DNA of 64,000 nucleotides from Octopus vulgaris (GCA_951406725.2 OX597815.1:144336001-144400000), one strand, 5' to 3'; numbered from the stretch's first letter, positions 1-12,553 are shown. Program-made: numbers and translations. The notes: generated by a model not told the origin, from the sequence alone.

Positions 1-4
1 CCCT

Positions 5-640
5 TTAACCCCTTAGCATTTAAACTGGCCATTCCTACCTGGTTTTTCTACCTGTTTTATTTTAAAACTAGCCAGATCTAGCCTCTCACACGTACTCTAC
101 AATGTCATTCTGAAATAAGTAATCACATCATCAAAAACTCGAAGCATAGTTGCAGGAGTGGCTGTGTGGTAAGTAGCTTGCTTACCAACCACATGGTCCT
201 TGGTTCAGTCCCATTGTGTGGTACCTTGGGCAAGTGTTTTCTAGTATAGCCTCTGGCCGACCTAAGCCTTGTGAGTGGATTTGATAGACAGAAATTGGAA
301 GAAGCCCATTGTATATGTATATATATATGTGTGTGTGTGTGTATGTATGTTTGAAGTGTCTGTGTTTGTCCTTCTTCCCCGATATCGCTTGACAACCAAT
401 GCTGGTGTGTTTACACCCCCGTAACTTAGTGGTTTGGCAAAAGGGAACTGATAGAATAAGTACTAGGCTTACAAAGAATATGCTCTGGGGTCAATTTGCT
501 CAACTAAAGGTGGTGCTCCAGCATGGCTGCAGTTAAATGACTGAAACAAGTAAAAGAGTATAAGATAATGTATGATTAATTCAAAACAATATGAATACAA
601 AAGCATTACATTTGACAGAATATGAACACCAAAGGGCTAA
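5..640. mobile_element. piggyBac-like MITE (family P1), interrupted by a SINE
   Basis: Starts TTAA-CCCCTTAGCATT and ends with degenerate ...CCAAAGGGCTAA. The internal sequence (ctagcctctcacac...ctacaatgtcattct...gataatg...ttaattcaaaacaat) recurs at ~13836-14035 and ~30492-30722. Confidence 0.55.
152..563 (+). mobile_element. tRNA-derived SINE, family A (CORE-like domain, central TA/TG microsatellite)
   Basis: A-box-like TGGCTGTGTGG, B-box-like GGTTCAGTCCC, CORE-like ACCTTGGGCAAGTG, internal microsatellite and tail ...GACTGAAACAAGTAAAAGAG. More than 20 copies or fragments occur in the window. Confidence 0.9.
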
Positions 641-649
641 CTAAATTGC

Positions 650-1200
650 CTTCCCATCAGCATGGAGGCCTCTCAAGACATTTTCTGATCTGTTGGATGG
701 ATACCACTCAGTAACTGCACAAGTCCACTTGTTATCTGTGAACCTTGAGACATGTCTGACTTTCTAGGGTTATGACTAAATGGTTGAGGGTCAAACATGT
801 AATGCATTATTATACAAAAGTTATAACAGAACCATTGTTCTCATCCTTGTCTTCATGCATGTTATTTGATTTGTCACCCTCATGTTATTGAAACTGTTGT
901 AAACTGTGGAATAAATGTAATGCTACCAATTCCATTTGTTATTTATGCTCCACAACCAAAGTTGTAGATATGTTGTCTTCCTTCTTCCTCTCCTGGTTCT
1001 TCCTTCTGTTGGTTGCCAGAGCCCTAGCTTGTTAGCAATTTCATCAATGTGTCTGATGCAGTGTCAGCTACCCTCATCCTTCTATGCTGTATCTTCAATG
1101 TTACTTTTGGTAGTCCCTGGTATGAGTCGGTGTTTGTTGCATGACTCCAGGAGACATCTCCTGGAGGAGTGCTGTCAGAGGTAAATGCTTGGATTCTTGG
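650..1200 (-). mobile_element. Two degraded RTE-clade LINE ORF 3' fragments
   Basis: Minus-strand translations VSWSHATNTDSYQGLPKVTLKIQHRRMRVA.HCIRHIDEIANKLGLWQPTEGRTRRGRRKTT (~955-1200) and RFTDNKWTCAVTEWYP...ERPP (~650-750) resemble RTE ORF C-termini. Confidence 0.6.
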
Positions 1201-1235
1201 TTCCCCTCTCACTATATATATACATACATACATAC

Positions 1236-1275
<40 letters not shown>

Positions 1276-1307
1276 TCATATTCTGAGTTTTGTTTTCCCT
1301 GTTTGCT

Positions 1308-1505
1308 TCATCATCATCATCATCGTTTAACATCCTTTTTCCATGCTGGCATGGGTTGGAGAGTTCGACTGGGGTCTGGGAAGCCAGGAGGCTGCACCAG
1401 GCTCCAGTCTGATCTGGCAGTGTTTCTACAGCTGGATGCCCTTCCTAACGCCAACTACTCCAAGAGTGTAGTGGGTGCTTTTTTTTTTACATGCCACTGG
1501 CATGG
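1308..1505 (-). mobile_element. RTE LINE 3'-UTR-derived copy (family B) with (GAT)n tail
   Basis: catcatcatcgtttaacatcc...ccatgctggcatgggttgg...ctacagctggatgcccttcctaacgcc, the same sequence as the 3' end of the LINE at 7735-10470. A second copy lies at 1848-2050. Confidence 0.85.
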
Positions 1506-1533
1506 CTATATGTATATGTATATATATATATAT

Positions 1534-1814
1534 AAAAGGAAATGAAGAAAATGCTGACAAAATAATTTAAGTAATTTAATTAGGTGAAAGTTCTTTTTAC
1601 CGGTTGCGCATTTGTTATGCTTATCAAAAGATAGATAGAATTCCTTTCTGATAGATTTTTACCTCTGATAGATTTTTTCCTCAGAGGAAAAAATCTATCA
1701 GAAAGGAACTCTATCTATCTTTTGATAAGCATAACAAATGCGCAACCAGTAAAAAGAACTTCACCTAATTAAATTACTTAAATTATTTTGTCAGCATTTT
1801 CTTCATTTCCTTTT
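1534..1814. repeat. ~280-bp near-perfect palindrome inside (TA)n; Penelope-like terminal-repeat remnant
   Basis: Arms aaaggaaatgaagaaaatgctgacaaaataatttaag... and ...cttaaattattttgtcagcattttcttcatttccttt, with the centre near 1680. Each arm carries a hammerhead-like motif. Confidence 0.85.
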
Positions 1815-1815
1815 T

Positions 1816-1850
<35 letters not shown>

Positions 1851-3099
1851 TCATCATCATCATCATTTAATGTCTGTTTTCCATGCTGGCATGGGTTGAT
1901 GGTTTGATAGGTGTTGGCAAGCCCCAGACCCCAATTGTCAGTCTTGGCATGGTTTCTATGGTTGGATGCCCTTTCTAATGTCAACAACTTTACAGAGTGT
2001 ACTGGGTGCTTTTTACATGACACCAACACCAGTGGGGTCACCAAGTAACTTTGCAGAATAAAGATCTCTTAGTTCAGAGAGAGAGAGTGGAACTGAGGTA
2101 AGTTGCCATATGATAAAGGGACATAGATACTTGTCTTACTCTGTCGGACAAAGAAGAAGAAAGGTGTGAGAGAGATAGGGAGACAGTGAGAGAGAGAGTG
2201 GGGCCTACCCACAGTGAATAGTGGTGGAGGGTATAAGTAGTACAGAGGGGATAGAGAGGATACTCCCACATACATGCAAAGAATGGCATTTTTTCTGGTG
2301 CTTTATGGTCTTTGTCCAAGTCCTGCCAAGCACAAGTTTGCCTATCACTGTTATTAGGGTTGATAAGATGAACAACTGGTTAAGCTCGGGGGTTGATGTA
2401 TTTAACTAGGTCCCTTTCCACAAAATATCAGCTCTTGCACCCATTGTAGAAAGAATTATTATTGATCGCCCGGACTCAAGGACCGAGATCTTCGTTTATG
2501 CCTATTATACTTTGATAAGTGCCATGAACGAAATTCACGACCCTCGAGTCACTTTCTCAGAAAAATGATGTATGTACTCAATCAGTTCTATTCATCCTCT
2601 CTGTCGTGCCAAATCTCTCTCTTTCTCTCTCTCTTCATCCATCCATCTAATCCCTCCGATCTGTCTGTCTGTCTCTCTATCTGTACATAAATTTATGTAT
2701 GTGGGTCGTAAAGTGAAATTATTTTGCCATGAGGAAGAGGACGATTGTCACGTTTCAAACAGAATCTTTGGTCGGTAAAAGATGAAAGGAATACATAATG
2801 AACCGTTTATTGTATGTAATTAGTGTGTTTATTTAATGGCAAGAAGCACCGTGGAATTAAGTTTTTGCCAAGCCATGGCCTCGATATAGTTTCTTTTTTT
2901 TTTTTTATTCTTGAATAATGTCACTTCATTTCTCTGTCATTTAAAGAAGCTTTTTAAGAGAATTTCTTTAATTGTTAATTCGTCTCCTTGATTCCTGGAT
3001 CTCTTTGTACAAAACACGTTTTTTAAAAAAAAAATTCACCTTTATAGTTTGACATGTGTTGTAGAAGAATGCCGCCGCTACCGGGTCGCCTACGCGGTT

Positions 3100-3490
3100 A
3101 CTTGACTTGCTAAAATAGCAGCCAAAACCTCCACATCAAATCACACACACCCTAACCGTCTTTCAAAAGATGAATTAGATAAATAAAGACGGGATAGTCG
3201 CGACTGGAACTCTTTTGATCATGTGACTGCTTAGTCACGTCTGATATGGAGCTAAATTCCACCAACACGACTACAATAACAGTTGTGGCATTATTAAACA
3301 GTGATGGTACGGAAGCTCCTTGCTAGAAATAGCGGCTAAATTCCCTCATCATGCCCTACCTTTGTTTTTTAAAAGACATTAGATAATGTGACCCAGATAG
3401 GGGAGTGGAATAACAAAAAATGCGGGATGGTCACAGCTGGAACCGCTTTGGTAATCGGTCTGCTCGATAAAGGAAAACCTGGGGCTGAAG
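3100..3490 (+). repeat. Two copies of an unclassified interspersed repeat (family E)
   Basis: gctagaaatagcagccaaa...ggatggtcacagctggaa...tttgatca...ggggctaaa motif; related copies at ~21970-22150(-), 28760-28960(+), 30170-30300(-) and 44040-44120(-). Confidence 0.55.
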
Positions 3491-3499
3491 AATGACGCA

Positions 3500-4008
3500 G
3501 TAGCATCAGTTGTAGTAGTAGTAATAGTGGTGATGGTAATAGTAGTAGTTGTAGTAGTAGCAGCAGCAGCAACGACGGTGAGTGGCCCATGCGACTACGC
3601 CGTGTGTGTCAAGGTCGAAGACTGAAACGGGCTGCACACATTCACATACATTCAAATATATAAACACACATATATACGTATATATACACACATATATACA
3701 TTGATTGTTTTGTTGTATACAGAGGATTCCATTTCCCAAACGTCGCTGGTGTTAATTCCACAGAAATGGATTGGCTGGCCACCACCGATTTTTATGTTGA
3801 ACCCTGGAGTTAAAACATTATTCATCCTCCTATTCAATATAATAATTTTTTCGACATCATCCAAGCTCCATTTATCTCTCTCTCTCTAAATACATCTTTT
3901 TATTAATTTCAAATGGATGTACCTATTCTCCTTACTGGATGACCACCAAAACAAAAAAGATCAAGAGAAGAAAACGAAAGAAAAAAAAGGATTAACCAAA
4001 TTCTTTTG
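3500..4008 (+). other. Candidate non-coding first exon of a plus-strand host gene (5' boundary uncertain)
   Basis: Unique, CpG-retaining sequence with (AGT/AGC)n tracts typical of 5' UTRs, ending at the donor TTG|GTGAGT (4008/4009). Confidence 0.35.
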
Positions 4009-4373
4009 GTGAGTTTTAAGAAAGGGATTAGATACATTCTTAACCTGGGGATTATTGTTAGTTTTTAATCGTTGTTTCTCAATTTGTTTTCCTCATTATT
4101 ATGAATTATTATTTTTGTCCGTTATCAGATTTTGATTTTATTTGACAAGCACTCAGCTGAATATTGCATTTATTCCATCTCCCTCTATTATATATACTTT
4201 TTAAATTTACAAGCACATTGGCATGTATGTTTATGGCGTGTATGCATTACATTATATTTGTGTAGCGTGTTTATACACACACACACACACTCATATATAC
4301 ATACATATATACTGTAGATCTGGGAATACTAGCTATACTCCAAACGTTAACCCGATACAGTTATGTTGTGTGC

Positions 4374-4424
<51 letters not shown>

Positions 4425-4599
4425 TATAAAGTACACACAATATATAATGCGAACGAATATATACACGTGTATTTATATCTATTTATATATACACAAGACA
4501 TGTATGTATGTATATACACACACATGTGTATATGATACGATAGAATATATACGCGTATATACACTCAGTGAAAATAAATATATGTAAGAGTGTGTGAAA

Positions 4600-5290
4600 T
4601 GGTTCGGTTAGCAATTCTCAACATTTCCTTTTTAAATAATGGAACTTCGAATGTGGCAGCAGCAATGAGATTTAGATGATATTTGAAAAATTCTCTTCTC
4701 AACAATTCTACCTTGGTCTACGTGATGTTAATTTATTTCAACAATTCAACAACAGTGCCCACCTCTGTCTGCTTTATTTGTTTCCCTCATCGTAAAGCCT
4801 CAATTATTATTTTTCGCCATGCGAAAACTTTGTAGAATTCGGTCGATTCATCTTGACAGATTCTTTAACCGAACCGTTCTTATTATATTGGTTTGTTTGA
4901 AATGTAATAAAATATACTACCATATCCTAGCTTAAACCAACCCATTTCTTCAGCTTTCTTCGTAAGTTATATATTTTTTACCCCTTCTCGTCTTCTCTCT
5001 CTGATAAGTCAGAAGGCACCGTGCTTCTACTAAAACTTCCATAATATTTCACCTCGGCACCAAAAATTCTACCTTCTGACTTCACCCCTAAACATTTTGA
5101 CAATAAATACGTTGGAAAGTCAACGTTTTAGAGGGGCTTTTCTCTTTAATTTGATATCAAACTTGGGGTTCCTTCTCGATGTTCTATCTCTTATTTTTCT
5201 AACTAAATCACTGTTGATTCTTTTAAAACTAATCTTGTTTACTCCAGCAGTTTTAATGATTTTTTGTTTTCTTCTTTTTAATTAAGTTGT
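4600..5290 (-). mobile_element. Possible highly degraded Penelope-like RT N-terminal fragment
   Basis: The minus strand gives NLSR..DRILQSFR...NKADRGG(fs)TVV, resembling the PLE motif NLS..E..AL..L...IKPADKGGAVV. Many stops and frameshifts. Confidence 0.3.
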
Positions 5291-5811
5291 TGATTCTGTT
5301 TATTATTTAGCAACTGTCACGTCACCCAACACTACCCTTGCATTCATTTATGTAAACATCCCAAACTATTAATTGCATTTAAATTTCATTTAAATGCAAT
5401 TAAACCTCATTGCATAAATCACTTTCTTTTTATGACTGCTTATAGAAAATAGAATGCTAGTGAGAGGTGTCCACCGTAATTATAATTGTTTTTATTTTAA
5501 TTTTTAGTAATCACATATAAATACTTTCAAATTCATGCTCTTTCATCTATTTTAAGCTATAACATTCCATGTTAATTGTTATTTTCATGGTGACCTTCCA
5601 AACTGGTGTATTTTTTTTATGCCCCACACTTCAATTCCTCGTTTGCCTTTTTATCTTCGGTCAATAACTGGGGTTATTTATGTACTGGGTTAAATAAATA
5701 CAATTTCCCCATTCGTTTAAAGAATTTACCTTGATCCAAAGCAAAATATATTGCATTAGCTGAATAAGGACGTGTGTTTATTACATACAAGCGCACACAT
5801 GTGCGTGTTTG

Positions 5812-5847
<36 letters not shown>

Positions 5848-6160
5848 ATACATGTACGCGTGTGTGCATACATGTACCTGTGTGTGTGTGTGTGTATACA
5901 TGTACGCGTGTGTGCATACATGTACCTGTGTGTGTGTGTATACATGTACGCGTGTGTGCATACATATACCTGTGTGTGTGTGTGTGTGTGTGTGTGTATA
6001 CATGTACGCGTGTGTGCATACATGTACCTGTGTGTGTGTGTGTGTGTGTATACATGTACGCGTGTGTGCATACATGTACCTGTGTGTGTGTGTGTATACA
6101 TGTACGCGTGTGTGCATACATGTACCTGTATGTGTATAATGTGTGTACGTGTTCGTGTAT
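5812..6160. repeat. Compound minisatellite, about 7 units of (TG)n-TATACATGTACGCGTGTGTGCATACATGTACC
   Basis: Repeating unit with a variable (TG)n length, directly visible. Confidence 0.95.
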
Positions 6161-6249
6161 GTACACATTTTCTCTTGTTGAAGTTTTTTGTCTATTTTGA
6201 CTGACCAACTCCATCTTAATAATATGAACTATTTCTATCTATAAAACTG

Positions 6250-7150
6250 TCAGTTCTATCTTCATCTTTGTGCAAGCATCCACTCTTTGTATCTTGCAAA
6301 TTTTTATTGTCCCAGATCTGATGATGATCATCTGTTAATGTACGAATTATGTAAGCTAGCTTCATTTCACAGGAATCTTTTGTTCGGCCATTCTTTGATC
6401 CAGACGGGTTGGTACACATCCTGTTACTCCAATAATAATGGGTATCAAGTGTATTTTAGCTACAGGATTCACAAATTCCTTTTCATAGATGTCCATTGAT
6501 GTATTCTTTCTCCTGTATTCCTCCCCTTAATGTGAAGTGGGGGAACTAACTTCCACAACAGACCATGTTCTTTGTGACCCCAAACACCAATATCACTGGT
6601 TTCATTTTAATATGGTGGCTGTTTATTTTAAATTCTACCATTAATCTTTTAATCGATTCATCGATCTCAATGTGTTCGTTCTTGTTGGTTATCTTTTTAT
6701 TTCTAATTTTATCTTAGATTGCCCTATCGCATCATACTTCCTCTGAAGGTAATATCTCGAGGGGACATTCCCTTTGAATTTGGCATTGATCTAACTAATG
6801 TCTCCAGTTTCGGTTTGGCATAACCTACATTTGTTGTCAGCTGATGATTTTTTGTCTTTTGTGTAGAAGAAAATACATGCTTTGGGATTCTTACTCCTGT
6901 ATTTCATGGTGATAACCTACAAAACATATCATAATCTAGTTTTTCCTTCAAGCTAGTTTTATTTTAAATTTGGTTTATTCCACCCCATGTTCTGTGTTAT
7001 TTGTTTCAGTTTCCATTAAAATCTTCTCAACGACTAGTGGTGGGTGTTGTATTAGGATTTCCAACGATTCTTGAGAGATAAAAGAACCTAATTGGTTTTA
7101 TTCTATATTTCTTATATAGTTCCATTAGTAACCCTAATGAGTTTTTTTAA
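6250..7150 (-). mobile_element. Degraded RLE-type (R4/Dong or NeSL-like) non-LTR retrotransposon C-terminus
   Basis: Minus strand, in order: EIQE, DNKCRLCQTETGDI (zinc knuckle), SRYYL..KYDAI, VVEVSSP, QEKEYING, IPIIIGVTGCVPTRL, SGTIKICK. This is the CCHC plus PD-(D/E)xK endonuclease layout. Confidence 0.7.
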
Positions 7151-7734
7151 TTTTCGTTTTTATTAACTTGAACGATAAATGATTAGTCTTTTTTTTTTCT
7201 GTTGGAGATGTTGCTGTGTCTGTAAATGTGTGTATATTTACATGTGTGCATACGTCTGTATGTGTGTATACATGCAGATGTATGGTGCAAGAAGTTCACT
7301 TTGCAATGTAGGATTTGATTCCACTGCATAGTACTTTTGGCATATGTCTTTCGCTATAGACTTACATAAGAACCAAACCTTATGAATAAAAAAAAGTGGG
7401 TTGACAGAAACTGGCCTGTAGCTCTTTGTGAAAATTTCTCTCTCTCTCTCTGTCTTGTTTTAAGACAATCCTTCCTTGTCAGATACTGTGTTATGCTGAT
7501 TGCCTGAATAAGGGCTACATCAAGTAGAAAGCATGCCAAAACTGACATTGGAGCATGAAGCAGTCCTTCAGCTCATCAGGTCCTTGTTAAATTGTCCAAG
7601 TCATGCAAATATGATACATGGATGTTAAATGATGGTAATGAATACTCAACCACATGCACTCGAATTCAGTGAGAAAGGGAGCACCTGAATGCTTACTGAC
7701 AAAACTGACCGAGATCCTTTTACCTTACATTTAT

Positions 7735-10470
7735 TCATCATCATCATCATCACCATCGTTTAATGTCCGCTTTCCATGCTAGCATGGGTTGGACGATTTG
7801 ACTGAGGTATGGCGAACCAGATGGCTGCACCAGACTCCAATCTGATCTGGCAGTTTCTACAGCTGGATGCCCTTCCTAAAGCTAACCACTCTGAGAGTAT
7901 AGTAGATGCTTTTACGTGCCACCGGAACGAGGGCCAGTCAGGCGGTACTGGCAAAGGCCACACTCAATGGTGATTTTTATGTGCCACCTGCACAGGAGCC
8001 AGTCCAGTGGCACTGGCAACGACCTCGCTTGAATGTTTTTTCACGTGCCACCAGCACAAGTGCCAGTAAGGCGACATAGGTAACGATCACGCTTGAATGG
8101 TGTTTTTTTACGTGCTATTGGCATGGAGGCCAGCTTGTTGCTCTGGCAACGATCTCGCTTGTATGGTACTCTTAGCGCTCCACTAGCACAGATGCCAGTC
8201 ATTGAATTTGATTTCACACTTGCCTCAACAGGTCTTTGCAAGCAGAGTTTAGTGTCCAATGAAGGAAAGGTACGCATAAGTGGATTGGTTACATCCCTGG
8301 CGTAGGCCACAAGGTTATGGTCTCACTTGCACTTGCCGAGTTTTCTCAAGCACACCATATTTCCAAAGGTCCCAGTCACTAGTTATTGCCTCAGTGAGGC
8401 CCAATGTTTGATGGTCATGCTTCACCACCTCAACCCAGGTCTTCCTCTTCCACAGATTCCCTCAACTGCTAGGATGTGACACTTTTTCACACAGCTATCC
8501 ACAGCCATTCTCGCCACATGACCATACCAGTGCAGTCGTCTCTCTTGCTCACCACATCTGATGCTTCTTAGGTCCAACTTTTCTCTCAAGGCAACACTCT
8601 GACATCCATTGGAGCATACTGGCTTCATTCCTTGTGAGCTTACGCATGTCCTCAGCAGTCACGGCCCATGTTTCACTACCATGTAGCATGGCTGTTCGTA
8701 CACATGCGTCATACAGTCTACCTTTTACTCTGAGCGAGAGGCCCTTTGTCACCAGCAGAGGTGAGAGCTCTCTGAACTTAGCCCAGAATATTCTTATTCT
8801 AGCAGCTACACTTTCAGTGCACCCTCCCCCGCTACTGACTTGGTCACCTAGGTAACTGAAGCTATCAACTACTTCTAGTTTTTCTCCCTGGAATGTGGTG
8901 AAAGTTGTTTTCTGCACATTTTCAGTCTTTATTGCTCCTGAGCATCTGCCACATACAAAAACTATCTTCCTAGTTAGACTTCCTTTGATATTGCTGCACC
9001 TCTTATGTGTCCATAGCTTACACTGGGTACATATTATAGAGTTTCTACCTACGCCTTTTCTACAGATCGAGCAGGGCCATCTACCTGAAGGGATTTGTGG
9101 TTTGCCTGCCTTCCTACTTATTAGGACTTTGGTTTTAGCTAGGTTGACTCTAAGGCCCTTCGATTCTAATCCTTGTTTCCACACTTGAAACTTCTACTCT
9201 AGTTCTGATAGTGACTCATTAGAGCAAGGTCAGCATGGAGGAGCTCCCAGGTGCATCCTATCTTGAATTCCTCTGTTATTGCCTGGAGGACTATGATAAA
9301 TAGGAGGGGGCTGAGGTCTGAACCTTGGTGGACCCCTACCTCTACCCTGAATTCTTCACTGTACTCGTTGCCAACCCTCACCTTACTGACAGCGTCCCTG
9401 TACATGACTTGTACAGCTCTCACTAACCATTCATCTATACCTAGTTTCCTCATTGACCACCAGTTAAGGGATCGGGGGACCCTGTCAAAGGCTTTCTCCA
9501 TGTCAACAAAAGCCAGGTACAGGGAGCTTATCTTTGGCTAGGTATTTCTCCTGCAGCTGTCTTACCAGAAATATTGCATCAGTCGTGCTTTTCCCTGGCA
9601 CGAACCCAAAACTGCATCTCATCCAAACTGACTCTCTCCCTAATTAGTTGGGCTATGACCCTCTCCGTGACCTTCATTACCTGATCCAACAGCTTGACAC
9701 CTCTGTAATTATTTGTATCTAAAGCGTTACCTTTACCTTTGTAGCAGTTGACTATTATGCTGCTACACCAGTCATTGGGTATGACTCCTTAGTGTATCAC
9801 CTGGTTAACTATACAGGTGACTAGGCTATAGCCGACACTGCCAGATATTTTGAGCATCTCTGCAGTAATTCCTGATGGGCCAGGGGCTTTCCCTGTCTTC
9901 ATACTTTTAATTGCTTTATCTTCCAACTCAGATAGCTGGTCACTCTGTTGGGTCGACATTCAGCAGACTCGCTTTCTCCCATTCATTTTCTTTATTGAGC
10001 AACCTTTCACAGTGGCATCTCCAAACCTCTCTCTTTGCAGCCCCATTTAGTGCAAGAGGACCATCATCCATGCGGACAGATTTCTCTCCTACAACATCAT
10101 GATTCTCTCTCACACACTGTCTTGCAACATGAAATACTTCAAGTCTTTGGTCCTCACTGTGCAGAACATTGGCAAATTTTTTCTTATCTGCTTCCCCTCT
10201 GGCTAAATAAACCTGTCTCCTAGCTTCTCTTCTGGCAGTCTGACACAATTCCCTGCTACCATCATTCTTCCAAGCCTGTTTCTTTTCTCTAATAGCCCTG
10301 TCTATAACATTGTTCCACCACCACGTTATTTGGAGTCGAGAGGGGACTTTGTACCATCTACAGATCTGGTCAGTGGCTCTCAGCAAGTTGTCCCGTAGAA
10401 ACCTCCAGTTGTCTTCTACACCACATGAAGCTATATCCCCATCTATTTCGTCAGAAGCTTTAAGTAATAA
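7735..10470 (-). mobile_element. 5'-truncated RTE/RTEX-type LINE (reverse transcriptase pseudogene plus ~690-bp 3' UTR with (GAT)n tail)
   Basis: ORF pieces 9940-10386, 9199-9501 (EKAFDRVPR, GVHQGS.LSPLLF, YADD decayed to HAD-), 8549-9184 (FSYLG, LHGSETW) and 8422-8628 (RRLHWYGHVARM, GRGRP). Frameshifts and stops; the UTR ends ...GGACATTAAACGATGGTGATGATGATG. Confidence 0.95.
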
Positions 10471-10579
10471 GCTATATCTGTATGCTCTCCAATATCCAAT
10501 ATGCTTACAAATTAGTATAAAATTTTATTGGGAAGTTTTTCTTTAGCTCACTTTAAAACAGGAAATTTATATAATATAT

Positions 10580-11750
10580 CGGCATCCCCATGCTGGTGGC
10601 ATGTAAAAAGCACCATCTGAACATGGCCGATGTCAGCGCTGCCTTGACTGGCTTCCATGCTGGTGGCATGTAAAAAGCACCAACCAATCATAGCCATTGC
10701 CAGCCTCCTCTGGCCCCTGTGCCAGTGGCACGTAAAAAGCACCCACTACATTCTCAGAGTGGTTGGTGCTAGGAAGGGCATCCAGCTATAGAAACAGTGC
10801 CAGATCAGACTGGAGCCTGGTGCAGCCTCCTGGCTTCCCAGACCCCAGTCAAACCATCCAACCCATGCCAGCATGGAAAACGGATGTTAAACGATGATAA
10901 TGAACATGGTTCCATGTTCAGTTCCACTGCTTGGTATGCATGTGTGTGTTTATCTAGGAAATAAACCAGTCATGTTTTGCTGAATAAATGATTAAATTCT
11001 TTATTATATGATGTTTGCACTTTGGGCCTCACAGAGGCAATGACTAGTGACTGAGACCTTTGGCGATATGCTGTACTTGAGAAGACCCGTTAAGCCAAGT
11101 GAAATTGTAGTTGTGGCTGATGCTGGTGTCACGTAACTGGCACCTGTGCCAGTGGAATGTAAAAAACACCTTTCGAGCATTGGGCCTCACAGAAGCAAAA
11201 TTGCCGATGGCATGTGAAAAACTCCTTCTGAGTGTTGGTCCTCATGGTGGCAATGACAAATGACCGAGACCTTTGGCATTAAGTCGTGCTTGAGAAGACC
11301 CATCAAGCCAGGTAAAATCGTAACTGTGACAGATAATGATGTTATGCAAATGGCACCTATGCCGGTGGCACATAAAAGCACTCATTACACTCTCAGAGTG
11401 TAATGGATGTTAGGCAGGGCATCCAACCATAGAAACCATGGCAAATCAGACTGGGGTTTGGTGCAGCTTGCCAGCCCTGGTCAAACGGTCCAACCCATGC
11501 CAGCATGGACAACAGACACTAAATGATGATGATGAAACACAGATTCATCATCATCATTCAACATCTGTTTTCCATGTAGGCATGAGTTGGACAGTTTGAC
11601 TGCATCAGACTCCAATTGTCTGTTTGGCATGATTTCTATGGCTGGATACCCTTCCTAACAGCAACCACTTTACAGAGCATACTAGGTGCTATTTAGTTGG
11701 CACCAGCAGAAGTACTTCTTACATGGTGCCATTATGGGTGCTTTTTTATG
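10580..11750. mobile_element. Cluster of family B RTE-tail copies (10580-10903 +, 11020-11533 +, 11546-11750 -)
   Basis: Homology to the LINE 3' UTR and (GAT)n tails; the last two copies are tail-to-tail. Confidence 0.85.
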
Positions 11751-12024
11751 TGCTTTTTTGGAGAATATATTCTGTATCATTCTCACTGTAATGCTAGAGG
11801 ACCATGGAGATCAATAGCAGTAACACAATTGATAAGAGCAATTGGAAGAAAACCACCTCCCTGCATATGCAGCACGCAATGCCCAGGAACCTGTTGGCTG
11901 TCTGTGCATTGCTGTCAGGTCCTTTTACAAGGAGTCCACAGCCAGCATTGGCCAAGTATATACATCTCTTGATTAGGATTGCTGCGAGATTTTAGAAAGC
12001 AGTTTTGAAAGATTAACATGAGGC

Positions 12025-12200
12025 ACAGGGCAGTCGATGTAGTTAAGAAGCTTACTGTATAACCATATGATTTGGGGTTCGGCCTCATTGTACTACACCT
12101 TGGACAAGTGTCTTCTGCTATATCCCCTGGCTGACTAATGCCTTATGAGTGAGTTTCATAGACAGAAACTGTGTGGAAGCCCATTGTGTGTATGTGTATA
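12025..12200 (+). mobile_element. SINE family A head; its downstream (TA)n hosts three palindromic insertions
   Basis: Degenerate tRNA head and ACCTTGGACAAGTGTCTTCTGCTATA. Confidence 0.75.
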
Positions 12201-12216
12201 AATATATATATATATA

Positions 12217-12264
<48 letters not shown>

Positions 12265-12275
<11 letters not shown>

Positions 12276-12509
12276 TGGGGAAGGCTGTTTATGGGATTAC
12301 CTTACGTTTCCTGTCCATAACTGGTTTAGCTTTATGGCGTATTTTCAGATCCCAAAACCTGTTGGCCCAAGACCTCTACAGGTTTTGGGATCTGACGATA
12401 CACCATAAAGCTAAACACTTTATGGATGAGAAAATGGCCTTCCCCATTTTTAATATATACTGCTTTATATCTTAGAGTGTGGTTCTTTTTGGGATTTATG
12501 TTTTACAGA

Positions 12510-12513
<4 letters not shown>
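12265..12513. repeat. Palindromic insertion in (TA)n with a one-sided extension
   Basis: Outer arms aaaaatggggaaggc/gccttccccattttt and inner arms tttagctttatgg..cagatcccaaaacctgt/acaggttttgggatctg..ccataaagctaaa; unique 3' extension ~12460-12513. Confidence 0.85.

Positions 12514-12542
<29 letters not shown>

Positions 12543-12553
<11 letters not shown>

Noticed and set aside
3652-3889. Short ORFs on both strands of unique sequence
   Set aside because: No recognisable domain; more consistent with 5' UTR.
5040-5090. Minus-strand GCCGAGGTGAAATATTATGGA resembling an 18S rRNA motif
   Set aside because: The match is only about 20 nt with no flanking rRNA similarity.
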